In this document: in pieces, positions 36,080 to 48,729 of the stretch
Position numbering within the stretch: position 1 is the stretch's first letter
How the letters are laid out: every line of letters begins with the position of its first letter
DNA from: Chiloscyllium plagiosum
Taxonomy: Eukaryota
DNA length: 64,000 nucleotides
Direction: 5' to 3'
Assembly: GCF_004010195.1 (NCBI RefSeq)
Contig: NC_057749.1
Location: 23,728,999 to 23,792,998, forward strand
The notes under the pieces: generated by a model
The model's input: the letters and a program-made list of their open reading frames with translations, nothing else
What the model was told of the DNA's origin: nothing
Databases searched by the model: none
Made by a program: the position numbers and the translations under genes

Positions 36080-37540
36080 GGAGTTTTCAAAGAGATGTGG
36101 AGTATGCGGTTGATGTGGTGTAAGTGGACTTGCAAAAGGCATTTAATGCAGTGCCATTCAATAGACTTGTGAGCAACATGAAGGGGGGCGGGCAGCAGCA
36201 GGGATACGAAATTGGCTGAGTGACAGGAAACAAAGAGTAGTTAGTGGATCTTTTTCAGGCTGGAGGAAGGTTTGTAATGGAAATGTCCAGGCTTAGTGCT
36301 TGTATCTTGTTACTTCTTGATATATTATTGCTCCGGTGTACAGGGCGAAATTTCAAAACTGCAGATGGGTACAATACTTGGAAGCAGTGAACCTGAAGGT
36401 GGATGGTGCGTAGAACTTTAAAAGGATATAGAAAGGTTGTGGAAAAGATGGAAAAGTGGCAGATGAATTCAATGTGGGGCGGCTCAGTGTGCCAGGGACC
36501 TGGGTTCAAGTCCACCCTCGGGTGACTGTCTGTGTGGAGTTTGAACATTCTCCCCGTGTCTGCCTGGGTTTCCTCCGGGTGCTCTGGTTTCTTCCCACAT
36601 TCAAAAGAGGTGCAGGTTAGGTGGATTGGTGGTGCAAAGTTGCCTCTTAGTGTCCAGGGATATGCAGGATTGGTGGGTTAGCCATGGGTAAGGCAGGGTT
36701 ACAGGGATAGGATATAGGGGTGTATCTGGGTGGGTTGCTGTTCGGAGGGTCAGTGTAGACCCTCTGGGAGAAGTGACCTGCTTCCACACTTGTAGCAGAT
36801 TCTATGATATTATGAAATAAGAGGTGATAGATGTTTGCAGGAAGAACACATACCGACATCATAAAAAAAAGGATCCTGCAGAGAATGCAGGAGCAGAGAA
36901 GCCCGGGTCTGTATGTAAATAATTTGTTAAAGGTGACAGGACAAGTGGAGAAAATGCAGACAGATCATTGGGTTGTTTAATTGAAGCCTAGAATACAAGG
37001 TCAGGAGGTTATGTTGATCATGTGTATCTGTCTGTAAGTAATCTAATCTAATCTGTCTCGTTCAGCCTTAGGGGGAATATAGAACATAGAACAATACAGC
37101 GCAGAACAGGCCCTTCGGCCCTCGATGTTGCACTGACCTGTGAACTATTCTCAGCTCATCCCCCTTACACTATCCCATCATCATCGATGTGCTTATCCAA
37201 GGATTGTTTAAATCTCCCTGATGTGGCTGAGAAATATTGCATCCAGTTTGGGACGCCACACTTAAGGAAGGATGTGAAGACAGTGGAGACGGTGCAATGA
37301 AGTAAAAGCACAAGATTCACGAGGTCCAGAGATGAGGAATATCAATTACGTAGATTGTGAAGTCGGACTGTTTGCCTCAAATGAAAGAAGGCCGAGAGAA
37401 GATGTGTTCGAGGCTTTCACAATCAGTGAGGGTCTGCACAGAGGAGGGGGGGAGAAACTCACGAAAGGAGCGAGCACAAGAGGGCACAGATTTAACATAA
37501 TTGTTAAAAGAACAAACACAGTGAGTGGTTGAAGTCTGGA
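36080..37540 (+). mobile_element. Old CR1 RT fragment interrupted by a SINE (36477-36808) and a CR1 tail (37078-37231)
   Basis: Remnants VDVV*VDLQKAFNAVP, NWLSDRKQRV and tattgcatccagtttgggacgccacac (YCIQFGTPH). Confidence 0.75.
36477..36808 (+). mobile_element. HE1-type V-SINE with deletion in the head
   Basis: cagggacctgggttcaagtccaccctcgggtgactgtctgtgtggagtttg. Confidence 0.85.
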
Positions 37541-37544
37541 ATGA

Positions 37545-38030
37545 CATAGAAATATAGAAAGTAAGAGCAGGAGTAGGCCATTCGGCCCATTGAGTCTGCA
37601 CCTTCATTCAATATGATCATGGCTGGTCATGCAATCTCAATATCCCTCTCCAGCTTTCTCTCCATACCCCATGGGCCCTTTAGCGGCAAAGGTCACATCC
37701 AGCCCCCTCTTAAACATTATCAAATGCACTGGCCCCAACAGCTTCCTGTGGGAGAGAATTCCACAGGTTCACAACTCTCTGAGTGAAGAGCTTCCTCCTC
37801 CTCTCAGTCCTGAATGGCTTTCCCCTTATTCCTAGACTGTGACCTGCCTGAGAGTGTGGTGGTGGCAGGTTCAATGGAGACACTTAAAGGGGAATTAGAC
37901 TGTCATCCGGAAGGGAAGAATGTGCAGTACTACATCGAGAAGGCAGGAGAATGTCACTGTGTAAGCTGCTTGTTTAGAGGACTTGTAAGGTGGGATGGGC
38001 TGAATGGTCTCCTTCTATTTTATGACAATT
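37545..38030. mobile_element. Two CR1 3' ends joined in opposite orientation
   Basis: Minus-strand tail 37545-37840 (gagcaggagtaggccattcggccc), then + strand LPESVVVAGSMETLKGELD at 37843-38030. Confidence 0.75.
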
Positions 38031-38840
38031 GTGTGACTGTGTGCACAGTAATGCTATATTCAAGTGAGGGTTAATCTGTGCCAAGGGGATTGATAAGAGC
38101 ATTGCCTGTGAAGCCAGTCAGATGATAATTGACTCCCAGGCAATTAAGGGCTAAATGATCTGTTCAATGCCAGAAAATTAAATCTTAAATTTGAAATGTG
38201 CAGCTAATTTCAGGAAGAGAGCAGTTGCTGCTGAGGGAGATTAGATGATGAAGACCATTTCACTTGGTGTGAACAAAGGATTACAATCAGTTCAATCTTT
38301 CTGGTTTGACCTGGAAAGATTAGTCAGGGTCAGAAACAAACGTCTGTGAAGGAGCCATATAACGCAAAGGCAGAAAATTAGCAGAAATCCCAAAAGCAAG
38401 GAAAAGATGCAAATAGAGATATGTAGGGACGTGAGTGTAAAGACGTGTGATCAATTTAAGGATTAACGTGAGGGCTTCTAATAAAAGAAGGCTAAGAGGA
38501 TTAACAAAAACAGAAATTGCTGGGAAATTCAACAGGTCTGGCAGCATCTGCAGAGAGAAAGCAGGATTCATGTTTTGTTTCCAGTGATTCCTTTTCAGAA
38601 TTGATTGTAGCTTGGAACAAGAGATATGCTGAAGACAGGGAGTGGGCAGGAAGTGAACAATAGGTGGAGATGAAGCACAGAGAGAGAGAAAGAGAGAAAA
38701 AAAACAGTAGTTGGGCAGTTAAAGGAACAGATAATGGTAGGCCAAATTGAAAGAAAAGCTGCTAATGTGGACCATCAACTGGTTGACTGAGGATTAATAT
38801 CGATTCAATGGAATACTCAAGATAGAGAAGGTTTCCTTCA

Positions 38841-39113
38841 GTCATGGAACGATGTGGAGGAGCCGGTGTTGGACTGGGGTGGACAACGTTAAAAATCACA
38901 CAACACCAGGTTATAGTCCAAAAGTACAGCACTAACTCTCAGAGCACTGACTCTTTGTCATGTAGCTAGTGGGGCAGGTACATAGGACACAGAATTTATA
39001 CTAAATTTACTATAAATTCTGTGTCCTATGTACCTGCCTCACTAGCTACCTGATGAAAGAGCAGTGCTCCAAAAGTGTGTACTTCCAAATAAACCTGTTG
39101 GACTATAACCTGG
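38841..39113. mobile_element. Palindromic PLE mini-element with extended arms
   Basis: Central near-perfect hairpin tagctagtggggcaggtacataggacacagaatttata..tataaattctgtgtcctatgtacctgcctcactagcta, flanked by caggttatagtcc and ggactataacctg. Confidence 0.85.
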
Positions 39114-39215
39114 CATTGAGTGCAGAAAGAGGCCACTTAGTCCAATGACTCTGCACTGACCCTCTAAAGAGCATTCCATCCAGAGCCACACAGTCCCTAG
39201 TGCTTTAAGGCAGCA

Positions 39216-39452
39216 GTCATCATCATCATCATCATCATCATCATTGGCGTGCTCGACACCTTCCCGGATGCTCCTCCCTTTGGGACGGTCTGGGACCAGT
39301 GATTCCCAAGTGTCTTTGGGATTGCTGCACATCCCCAATGAGGTCTTAAAGGTATCCCTGAGGCCCTTGCTCTGTCCCACCTGGGGCTGGCCTGCTGTTT
39401 CGGAGCTGGGAGGAGAGCACCTGCTCGGGAGCCTCGTGTCAGTCATGGGGAC
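39216..39452 (-). mobile_element. RTE-clade LINE 3' fragment with (TGA)n tail
   Basis: Homologous to 13485-13692. (cat)8 microsatellite at ~39218-39244. Confidence 0.88.
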
Positions 39453-40410
39453 ACAGCTTCGGCAGCGAGACCAGGCTATGTGCGGAGTGTCCGCAGGATC
39501 CCAGTGATTGGAGCTGACAGCGGAAGCTGGAACATGGTTCCTCCCAGTGATCAATGTGAGACTCGCAGGCTGACCAAGACTGCAGGCCATGGCTAGGCCC
39601 AAGTGCCTGCACCGATGGCTGAACATTCCAAACACCTTTGTGGTGATAAGACTTGAACTTTAAGATCTGGACATTTTTCTCACCTTCTGTCTTTCTTTTA
39701 TTTCTGCTGCTGTTGTTTTAAAAAAAAATTCTGCTTTGGAAACCAAGAAGGCAGTGGAGAATAATGACTTTGTACACCCTTCACCGTAATCGTGTATTGT
39801 TGCACTTGAGTACACACGACAATGAAACCTAGTTCTAATTCTACCTTTCAACTTTCAAAATCTGAAGAGGAGTCTTGTTGGACTTGAAATGTTAACTCGA
39901 TTTCTCTCTTCACAGTTCCTGGCAGACCTACTGAGTTTCTCCAGCACTTTCTCTCTTTTTGTTCAGATGCTTGATCTGGACGGCTGTGGTTACCATGAAT
40001 GTCCCAACTTCTCAAATTCTCCCCTCGCCTGCCCAGAGATCAAATTGAGTTAATGTGGTTCTGTGGGAAGATTTTTTTTTTGAGGGGGCAGGCATGTTGA
40101 AGGGTCAGTACACATTGTTTCCTCAAATGCAATGCCATTCTGAACTCACAACTAAAATATCCCATCGCATCCAGCTGTGTTGAGTCACTGAGATTAGCCA
40201 ACACTTTGACATCTGTCACACTCATAAGCAGTGAGCAGTTCACTAAACGTCACATCAGAAACAGCTGTATAACAGGGACAACAATAGAGTCCCTCTAGTT
40301 GACACAGTTGGTAGGAGTGAGACTGTAGGATGTGTTCAGGAAGCTGACTCTTAGCCCCATGGTTGCAAGGAATGTGTTCGACTTTTCGGAGGATTCAGCA
40401 GATGACTCAC

Positions 40411-40450
40411 CACTGGCTGCGGATTTCATAATACTTTTGCTGTACATAAT
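40411..40450 (-). other. Candidate 40 nt exon, gene unidentified
   Basis: Minus strand ggtttgcttttcag|ATTATGTACAGCAAAAGTATTATGAAATCCGCAGCCAGTG|gtgagtc: consensus acceptor and donor in unique DNA. Two frames are open (YVQQKYYEIRSQ or IMYSKSIMKSAAS). Confidence 0.35.
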
Positions 40451-41649
40451 CTGAAAAGCAAACCATTCCAAAAGTATCTTTAAGAAATGGCAGCTTGGCA
40501 TTTCAGGTTCCTTTGAACTGTCCTGTCAATGATGGAACTTCAGAGGACTCTAGGAGGCCACTTAACCCTTGGCACAGGTTCTTGGGAAGAGCTGTTCTGT
40601 TAGTTCCACCCCTTGCTCTTTCCCCAGAGATCTGTCTATTTCCACTTTCAAATATTCATTACATCTGCTATTTCTTTATTGTCCATTATTAACTGCCCAT
40701 TATTAACTGCCCATCTCGTCCTCTAGAAGAGCAACAGTCACTTATTCTTTTCCTTTTTAGGTACCTTTAGAAATTCTTGCTATCTGTTTTCGCATTTCTA
40801 GCTAGCTTCCTCTCATGCTGTATTTGTCCTGAGTAACCTGTCACTCATTCTTTGCCATCCTTTGTGCAACAGACCTGCTTCTCTTATATCAGTCATCCTC
40901 TGAACTGGCAGAGCAAGCCAGGGGCTATTAGACTTAGGCAGAGAAGGCTGGTCAGACGAATGGTGCTAATAATGGTGCTATAGACTAAAGGAAGAAGATA
41001 CCCATGGTCCTAAGCTAAAGGGGAGTGATTTTAGCACATGTGGGCATCAATTACAGCAAGGACACTGGGGTTGGGGGCAGGGGAAGCGTGCAGGTAGAGG
41101 ACAGGAATTGAGAAAACACACTGCAGAGAGTATGAGGCAAAATTGGTTTCCTATATTACAACTGTCAGAAGAACTTTGCTAACTGTAAAGTACATTTGGG
41201 GGACATCCTGAGGTTCCTTTTCAATGTTGGCCAATTGTTGGATATTTAAAAGTCAGACGTGTGTGCTCTCCTCAAAAGAATCATTCTCTCACAGCATTTC
41301 CCTTCGATGTGAAGGGCACTGCTTGTCGCTGGCCACTCGGGTGTTTCCTTTCTTCCTGGTGGTGAAAACTGAATAAAGATTTGTGCACCTATTGTCTTTC
41401 ACTCTGTCTCACACCTGCACTCATACACATCATGGACTGACTCTGTGCTGGACAACACTACAGTAAGTGTATTACTAAAAAAAAGATTCATTCTCTCTGA
41501 GATCCAGTGTCATTTCCAGTATACACCTGTGCCACCATCTGGGTACTTTGATTGACACAGGTGGTAACCAAAGGCAGACATAGCTAGATCTCCAGTGTAC
41601 AGCGCCACCCTGCCAGTCTTGCCAGTTCCAGTGACTTCTGAATTTCTTC

Positions 41650-41960
41650 GGGCAGCACGGTGGCTCAGTGGTTAGCATTGCTGCCTCACTGCACCAGGGA
41701 CCTGGGTTTGATTCCAGCCTCGGGCGTGTCTGCATGGGTTTTCTTCTGAATGCTCCAGTTTCCTCCCACAGTCCAAAGATGTGCAAGTTAGGGTGGATTG
41801 GCCATGCTAAATTGCCCATGGTGTTCAGGGATATGCAGGCTAGTTGGATTAACCATGGGAAATGCAGGGTTACAGGGATAGAGTCAAGGTGGCTCTGGAT
41901 GGGATGCTCTTCAGAGGCATAGTGTGGATTCAATGGGCTGAATGGCCTGCTTCCTATAAA
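41650..41960 (+). mobile_element. HE1-type V-SINE
   Basis: gcacggtggctcagtggttagc head and tail. Confidence 0.9.
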
Positions 41961-42084
41961 TATAAGATTCCTGTAGGGCTCCAATAAGTATAAAGGTTCT
42001 ACTTCATCTAGAAGATCTGGAAGAACTCAACAGTTCACATAAAGAAATAGATGGGAAAGGAACTGGGTCCTGCTTTCAATCCCG

Positions 42085-42800
42085 GCAAGCACATTTGTCA
42101 TGAGTCCTTCTTTTCCCAGACCCAGAGTTTTGGTCTTAAATCCCGAGATGTGCTCAAACAGTCCACATTATGTTGTTATGGCAAAAATAACTACCGAAAC
42201 TTGGAATCATATTATAATCACTCATCCCCAAGAGGACTCAGAAGCTGGATTGTCAATTATTTCTTTCCTATTACACAAAACCAGGATGGTCTGTTCTCCA
42301 GTTTGTTCCTCAATGTATTGTTCCCGAAAATCAGCCCATATACACTTCAGGAATTCCTCCTCTGTGGTCTTGTTGCAAATTTGATTTGCCCAATCTTTGT
42401 GCAGATTAAAGTCACCTATAATGACAAATATTTCCCTATTGCATGCATCTCTAATTTCTTGTTTAATTCCACTCGCACAGTTTGATGGTTCTATTTCCAA
42501 CACCCACTAATGTTTCTTGTTCATTGGTGTTTCTCTGATCTACCCAAATAGATTCCATAAAGTCAAAATGAATACTCTTCCTCACTGTTGCATTAATTTC
42601 CTCTTCAACCAGAAATGTAACTCCACTGCCTTTTAATTTTTTTTGTCTGCCCTTTCTAAAGGGATATTCATTTCCCATCCCTGGTCACACTGTAGCCATG
42701 TCTCCAATATCCCAACTGTTTTCATCAATTTGCACGATTAACTCATCCACTGAATGCTCTACAGATTAAGGCATAAAACCTTAAGGCTTGTCTTTTTCAC
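42085..42800 (-). mobile_element. CR1 ORF2 apurinic endonuclease fragment
   Basis: KQEIRDACNREIFVIIGDFN..EEEFLKCI..EQYIEEQT and GSGVTFLVEEEI. Confidence 0.85.
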
Positions 42801-43003
42801 ATTAATAGCATTGAACAGCATAGAACAGCATGGCACAGGAACAGGCCCTTCAGCCCATTAAGATACTATTCTAAACTAATCCCATCTGCCGACACATGGT
42901 CCCACTACTCTCTTTCTGTTCACCTGTCTGTCTAAATGGCTCATAATTTGCTCTACCACCTCCCCTGGCACCTAACACCCGCTGTGTAAAAACCTTCTGT
43001 TCA

Positions 43004-43334
43004 GGGTGGCACGGTGGCTCAGTGGTTAGTGCTGCTGCCTCACAGCGCCAGGGACCGAGGTTTAATTCCAGTTGCGGGCAACTGTCTGTGTGGAGTTTGC
43101 ACATTCTCCGTGGTTTTCTCTGGGTGCTCCAGTTTCCTCCCACAGTTCAAAGATGTGGCTTGGCCATGTTAAATTACCCATAGTGTTCAGGGATGTGTAG
43201 GTTAGACACATTAGTCAGGGGAAACGTAGAGTAATAGGGTAGGGGAACGGGTCTAGGTGGGGTACTCTTTGGAGGGTCAGTGTGGACTTGTTGGGCCAAA
43301 TGGCCTGTTTCCATACTGTATGGATTGTATGATC
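43004..43334 (+). mobile_element. HE1-type V-SINE
   Basis: ggcacggtggctcagtggttagtgctgctgcctcacagcgccagggac. Confidence 0.92.
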
Positions 43335-43517
43335 TCCTTTAAACTTTCCACTTCTCACCTTAAACCTATGCCCCTCCTATAATTGATATTTTCACTTGGG
43401 AAACAGGGTCTGACTATCCAACTTATCCAAACCCCACGTGATTTTATATATGTCTATCAGGGTCTGACTATCCAACTTATCCAAACCCCACGTGATTTTA
43501 TATATGTCTATCAGGTA

Positions 43518-44442
43518 TATGATGAAGCTGTTCTGAAAGCACGGTTAGGTTGTCCTTGGTCCAGCGGATCGTAAAAACACAGATTTGGAAACGTCTGAGT
43601 TTGGATGGAGTTTAGGGCCAATTTGTTTACAGATAACAGATACTGCCTCAGGCAGAAGACTTTCAAGTTTTTTAAAAAAGACTTGTATAATGAAAGGGAA
43701 GTGGTCAGTTCTCACAGCGCAGCTACTCTCTGGTTTGGTTTTAATGCAACAGTGTACGTGTGTGTGAAGAAAGGCTGCTGGACTCTCTCTTTAGATTAGA
43801 TTCCCCAACAAAGAGGAAACAGGCCCTTTGTCCCAACAAGTCCACACTGACCCTTTGAAGAGTAACCAACCCAGACCCATTCCCTCTGATTAATGCACCT
43901 AACACTATGGGCAATTTAGCATGGCCAATTCACCTGGCCTGCACATCTTTGGACTATGGGAGGAAACCAGAGCACCCAGAGGAAACACACATAGACGCAG
44001 GGAAAATGTGCAAACTCCACATATACAGTCAGCCGAGGCTGGGATTGAACCTGGGTCCCTGGCGCTGTGAGGCAGCAGTGCTAACCACTGAGCCACCAAG
44101 TGACCCCTATTACTCTCTGACTTCTCTGCTGTAAGAATTTGTTTGATTTTTCCTTTTGTGCCAAGGGGTGTTTATGGGGATTGTTGCAAGTATTTTGGAA
44201 CAGCATCATTAAATTGGAATAATCTGTTGAGCTTTCGGATAGAATAAGTTATTCGGTATTCTGTTTTCTGTTCTTTGCGTTTCATTCAGTAATCTTGAAA
44301 ATAAGTTTGGTTTTGTTTAAAACTAAGTAGTTTGACCAGCTAATTCTCTCCTGGGATATCCACGCTACACATGGTCAAATCAAAGTTAGGGTCTGGGCTA
44401 CCTACTTGAAAAGTTTTGAGGGGTCTGGCCTGGTCCATAACA
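43518..44442 (+). mobile_element. Solo LTR (same family as 29474-30060), interrupted by a SINE
   Basis: Shares aggccaatttg..taacagatact..ctcagg..aag.ctttcaag and the end ggcctggtccataaca. Near-TSD ggta/ggtg. Confidence 0.82.
43792..44100 (-). mobile_element. HE1-type V-SINE
   Basis: ORF 43905..44099 VAQWLALLPHSARDPGSIP is the translated SINE head. Confidence 0.92.
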
Positions 44443-47384
44443 GGTGCCCCCCCCCCCCCCAACAGCCTTTGACACTGTCGCAAAAACAATCTATGTTTGT
44501 CCACCCTCTCCTTGCAGCTACGACACTCCAATCCAGTCAACATCCTGGTCAACCTCTTCTGCATCCTGTCCAAAGCCTCCACATCCTTCCTATTGTGTAG
44601 CAACCAAAACATCAACAGTAATCCAAATGCGACCTGACCAACGTCTCATATCGGCAAAAGTGAGGACTGCAGATGCTGGAAATCAGAATTTAGATCAGAG
44701 TGTTGCTGGAAAAGCACAGCAGGTCAGGTAGCATCCGAGGAGCAGGAAAATCAATGTTTTGGGCTTAAACCCCAATCGATGAAGGCAAGCATGCCAATTG
44801 CCTTCCTTTACACCTTCAACACTTTTGTTGACACTTCCAGGGAGCTAAGGGCTTGGACCCCAGGATCCCTCTGTATATCAATGCTCCTACAGGTCTCACC
44901 CCCCCATTTACTGGATACTTTCCTCTTACATTTGTCCTCGCAAAATGTATCACCTCCGCTTGTCCAAATTAAAGTCCATCTGTCGTTTGTCCACCCAACT
45001 TTCCAGCTGATCTATCTCCTGCTGAATCCTTTGATATCCTTCCTCATTAACTATAACTCTACCAATTTTCATGTCATCTGCAAACATATCAATCATATCA
45101 CTGACACTTTCACCCAAATCATTCTGTATAGAGGTCCCAGTACTGATCCTTGTTGAACACGACTGGTCACAGACCTCCAGTCAGAAATTCACCCCTCCAC
45201 AAATACCTTCTGTCTCCTGTGGCCAAGCCAATTTTGTACCCAATTTACCAACTTACTATGGATTCCATGCTGTCTGATCTTCCAGGTCAGTCTAACATGA
45301 GACACCTTGTTAAAAGCCTTGCTAAAGTAGACCACATCCACTGCCTCACCCTCATCAATCATCTTCGTCACTTCCTCAAAAACTCAATCAAGTTTGTGAA
45401 CTAGGACCTCCCCTGCATAACTGTCCCTAATAAGTCCATGCTCCTCCAAATATAAGTAAATCCTGTACCTAAGAATCTTCTCTAATAATTTGTCTACCGC
45501 TACTGTAAGGTTCACCAGCCTATAATTTCCTTGATTATCCCTGTTGCCCTTCTTGAACAAAGGAACAACATTGGCTATTCTCCAGTCTTCTGCCAGCTTG
45601 TCTATAGCTAAAATCTCTGTCAAAGCCTCAGCAATCCTTCCTTGCCTCCTCCAGTACCCTGAGATAGATCCCATCAGACCCTGGGGACTTATCCAACTTC
45701 ATGTTTTTCAAGACACCCAACACCTTCTTAATATCAACATGCCATAGAATATTCACAAACCCCTGTCGAAAATCAAGCACCTCCATCGTAACTATCTTAA
45801 AACTTGAAGAATTATGGTCACTGTTTCCAAACTGCTGCCCCCACTGAAACTTCAATGGTCTGGCCAGTCTCCTTCCCCAATAATAAAAGGTCTAATACAG
45901 CCCCTTCCCTATTTACATATTATTTCAACAATCATCATGGATGCACCTAACATATTCTGCCCCGCCTAAGCCCCAGACACTAAAGGAGTCTCTGTGAATA
46001 TTGGAGAAATTATAATCACCTGCTACCACAACCCTGAAATCTTTACATCTTTCTACTATCTGCTTATAAACCTGTACCTCTAATTCCTGCTGGCTGTTAG
46101 GAGGCCTATAGTCACCCCATAGTAGTGATTGCAGCTTGTCCCAATCCTATTATTCTTCACTGTACCCCTGTTAGATCCTAGCCCTTGATTCCACTTCATT
46201 TTTCTTCTTTCCACTTCTCTCTTCTGATCTTATCCTTGACACCTCTCTCCCTCTAACTCCTTGCATAGGCTCCCAGTCCCCTGCCATTTCAGTTTGCAGC
46301 CTTCCCAACAATACCAGCAAATACTTAGCAGGGAAGCTCAGTTCCAGTCCTGTCCGGGTGTAACCTACCTCATTTGTACTGATCTCACCTCCCTCAGAAC
46401 TGATCCCAGTGTCCACGAAATTCAAACCTCCCTTCCCCCTCTGCATCATATCTACTGCCATGTGATATCTCCTGCTATTTCTACTCTGACTCACACACAG
46501 CACTGGTAATAATCCTGAGATCACTACCTTTGAGGTCGTACCTTTCAACATACTTCCTAACTCTTTTTTTAAGGCCTAACCCCTTTTCTGACCTATGTTG
46601 TTTGTACCAACGCATATCCTTACCATTGACAGTTCACCCTGCCTCTCCAGAATGTCCTGCTGCTCTAAGACATCCTTGACTCAGGGAGGCAACATGTCAC
46701 TGGAATCCCCTCACAGCTGAATGTTCTATAAAAATAGCATTCCCACACTTTTTACTCCTCTCCTGTGCCCCAGAGTCAACCCTGGTAGAACAGGTTTGAC
46801 TGTTCCTTCTTTCCTCTGAGAGGTCATTCCCTTATCAGTGTCTAAAGTGATGTGTCTGTTTTACAGGGAAATAGTTACAAGGGATTCCTCTTGCTTTACC
46901 TGGTGGTCATCCATTCTCTTTCAGCTTGTGCAGTTTTAGCCCATGGAATATCTATCTTTCTGGGTGTGCTCAGGAGACTCTCAGCCTTGTCCGAACTCTG
47001 GGCTTCCAGGAGCTGCAGCTGGAGTCAATTCCTGCACACGTGCAGTACCTGGGCACTGGAAATATTCCCAGCTTCCCAAAAAAGCAGGAAGAGCTCCCCA
47101 TGGCTTTAAGCTCTCCTGCCGTGACTTAACATGGGAGTGGGATCGGTCCGTCACAGAAATCGGAAAACCGCAGGGGAACAGCCATTAATCAGACCACAGG
47201 TGGACTAAAGTGTATAGTTTTGGGCCCCTTATCTAAGTAAGGATGCACTGGCATTGGAGACGGTCCAGAGAAGATTCATATCAGAGACGGCTGATATTAG
47301 GTCTGATAGGAGTGTTTTTTGAGGAGGGGAGACGTTGGCCTTGAGAGTTATCATTTAGTTTTATGAGTCCCGGAACCTCAGCTA

Positions 47385-47768
47385 ATGTCTGGGGAATCAG
47401 GGTTCAAATCTCACCATAGCAGATACTGGTATTTCAATCAATTAAACAAAATGTTTGGGGATTAAGAATCTACGGTTGACCATGAAACTATTGTCGGGGG
47501 GAATAACACCCATGTGGCTCACTAATGTTGTTTAGGGAAGGAAATCTGTTGTCTTTTCCTGGTCTCATCTACATGTGATTCACACCCATAGCAATGTGTG
47601 GTTGACTCTCAACTGCCCTCTGACATGGCCCAGCAAGCCACTCAGTTGTGTCAATTGACTGTAGCGGTTCAAGTACACAGCTCACCACCACCTTGTCAAG
47701 CGCAACTAGGGATGGGCAATAAATGCTGGGCCCAGCCAGTGAGACCCATGTCTCATGAATGAACTTAA
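47385..47768 (+). mobile_element. SINE with L2/CR1-group LINE tail
   Basis: B box gggttcaaatc, tail gcaactagggatgggcaataaatgctgggcccagccagtgagacccatgtctcatgaatgaa. Confidence 0.8.
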
Positions 47769-48729
47769 AAAGAGGTTGAGTAGGTTGGATCTGTACTCAA
47801 TGGAGTTTAGAGGACTGAGAGGTGACCTTATTGAAACATCCAAAGTCCTTAGTGGGCTTGACAGAGTGGATGTGGAAAGGTTCCTTTTGTGGGAGAAGGA
47901 AGAGAATCAAGGGTTATAGGGAAAAGGCAGCAAAGTATCAGGTCAGCCATGATCTGATTGAATGGTGGAGCAGACTTGATGGGCTGAATGGCCTACGTCT
48001 GCTCCGAAATCTTTAAGCAAGATCATCAGTGAAGAACTCGGATATTTGCTTGTTCTCCTCTGTTCAATGTAGACCTCCCCGTTATCGATTCACATTTGAA
48101 GGAACAATGATCACTATTGAACAAAGAGAAGTGTTGTTTAGGCGTCTTACCTTGCGTTCATCAGGACAGATGCAAGAATACCAAGTTTCAATGGAAACTA
48201 CACATTATAATATTCCAACAGGGACTGGACAGGATAAGCGCAGAAAGGATGTTCTGAGGGTCTACAACCAGCGGTCACAATCTTGTGGGTTAGGCCACTT
48301 GGAGCTGAGAAAAGGAGAATTCCTTTCACCCAGGGGCTGGTGAAGCTCTGAAATTCTCTTCCACAGTCATGGGGCTGACACATTTATACAAAACTATCAC
48401 ATGGCATAATGCCACACCAAAGCCATTACTTAGCTCTCTTGAAGGTACATTGTAAAACATGCACTATCACAACAGGTCCTGGTGTGATTTTGCCTCCTGC
48501 AGGATATTTTACCCAGTGTGCAATGTTTTGTTATCCCACATAAAACTGGGGTTTGATACCATTGAATTGAAGAATATAACAGATATTCAGTGGAGCTGAC
48601 TATTGCATACAAACACGACATTCACAGGCATATAAAAGTCTGGGCTAACATTAAGATATTAGATTATAAAGAGCCGCAAGCTTTAGATTGTATGTATTGC
48701 TTCAACTAATTTGGGAGTAAAATGAAACA

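Larger units (their letters stand above)
42810..47130 (-). mobile_element. Long degraded CR1 LINE (ORF1 Cys-rich N-terminus, SGNH-esterase, APE and RT remnants) with four nested insertions
   Basis: ORF1 esterase KGTTSKVVISGLLPV (46171..46551), APE GQQFGNSDHN, RT EDWRIANVVPLFKKGNRDNQGNYRLVNLT and KMIDEGEAVDVVYFSKAFNKV, 3' UTR at ~42810-42900. Confidence 0.88.

Noticed and set aside
29474..44442. A single 15 kb LTR retrotransposon bounded by the two related LTRs
   Set aside because: Each LTR has its own flanking duplication and splits its own CR1 host, and there is no gag/pol between them.
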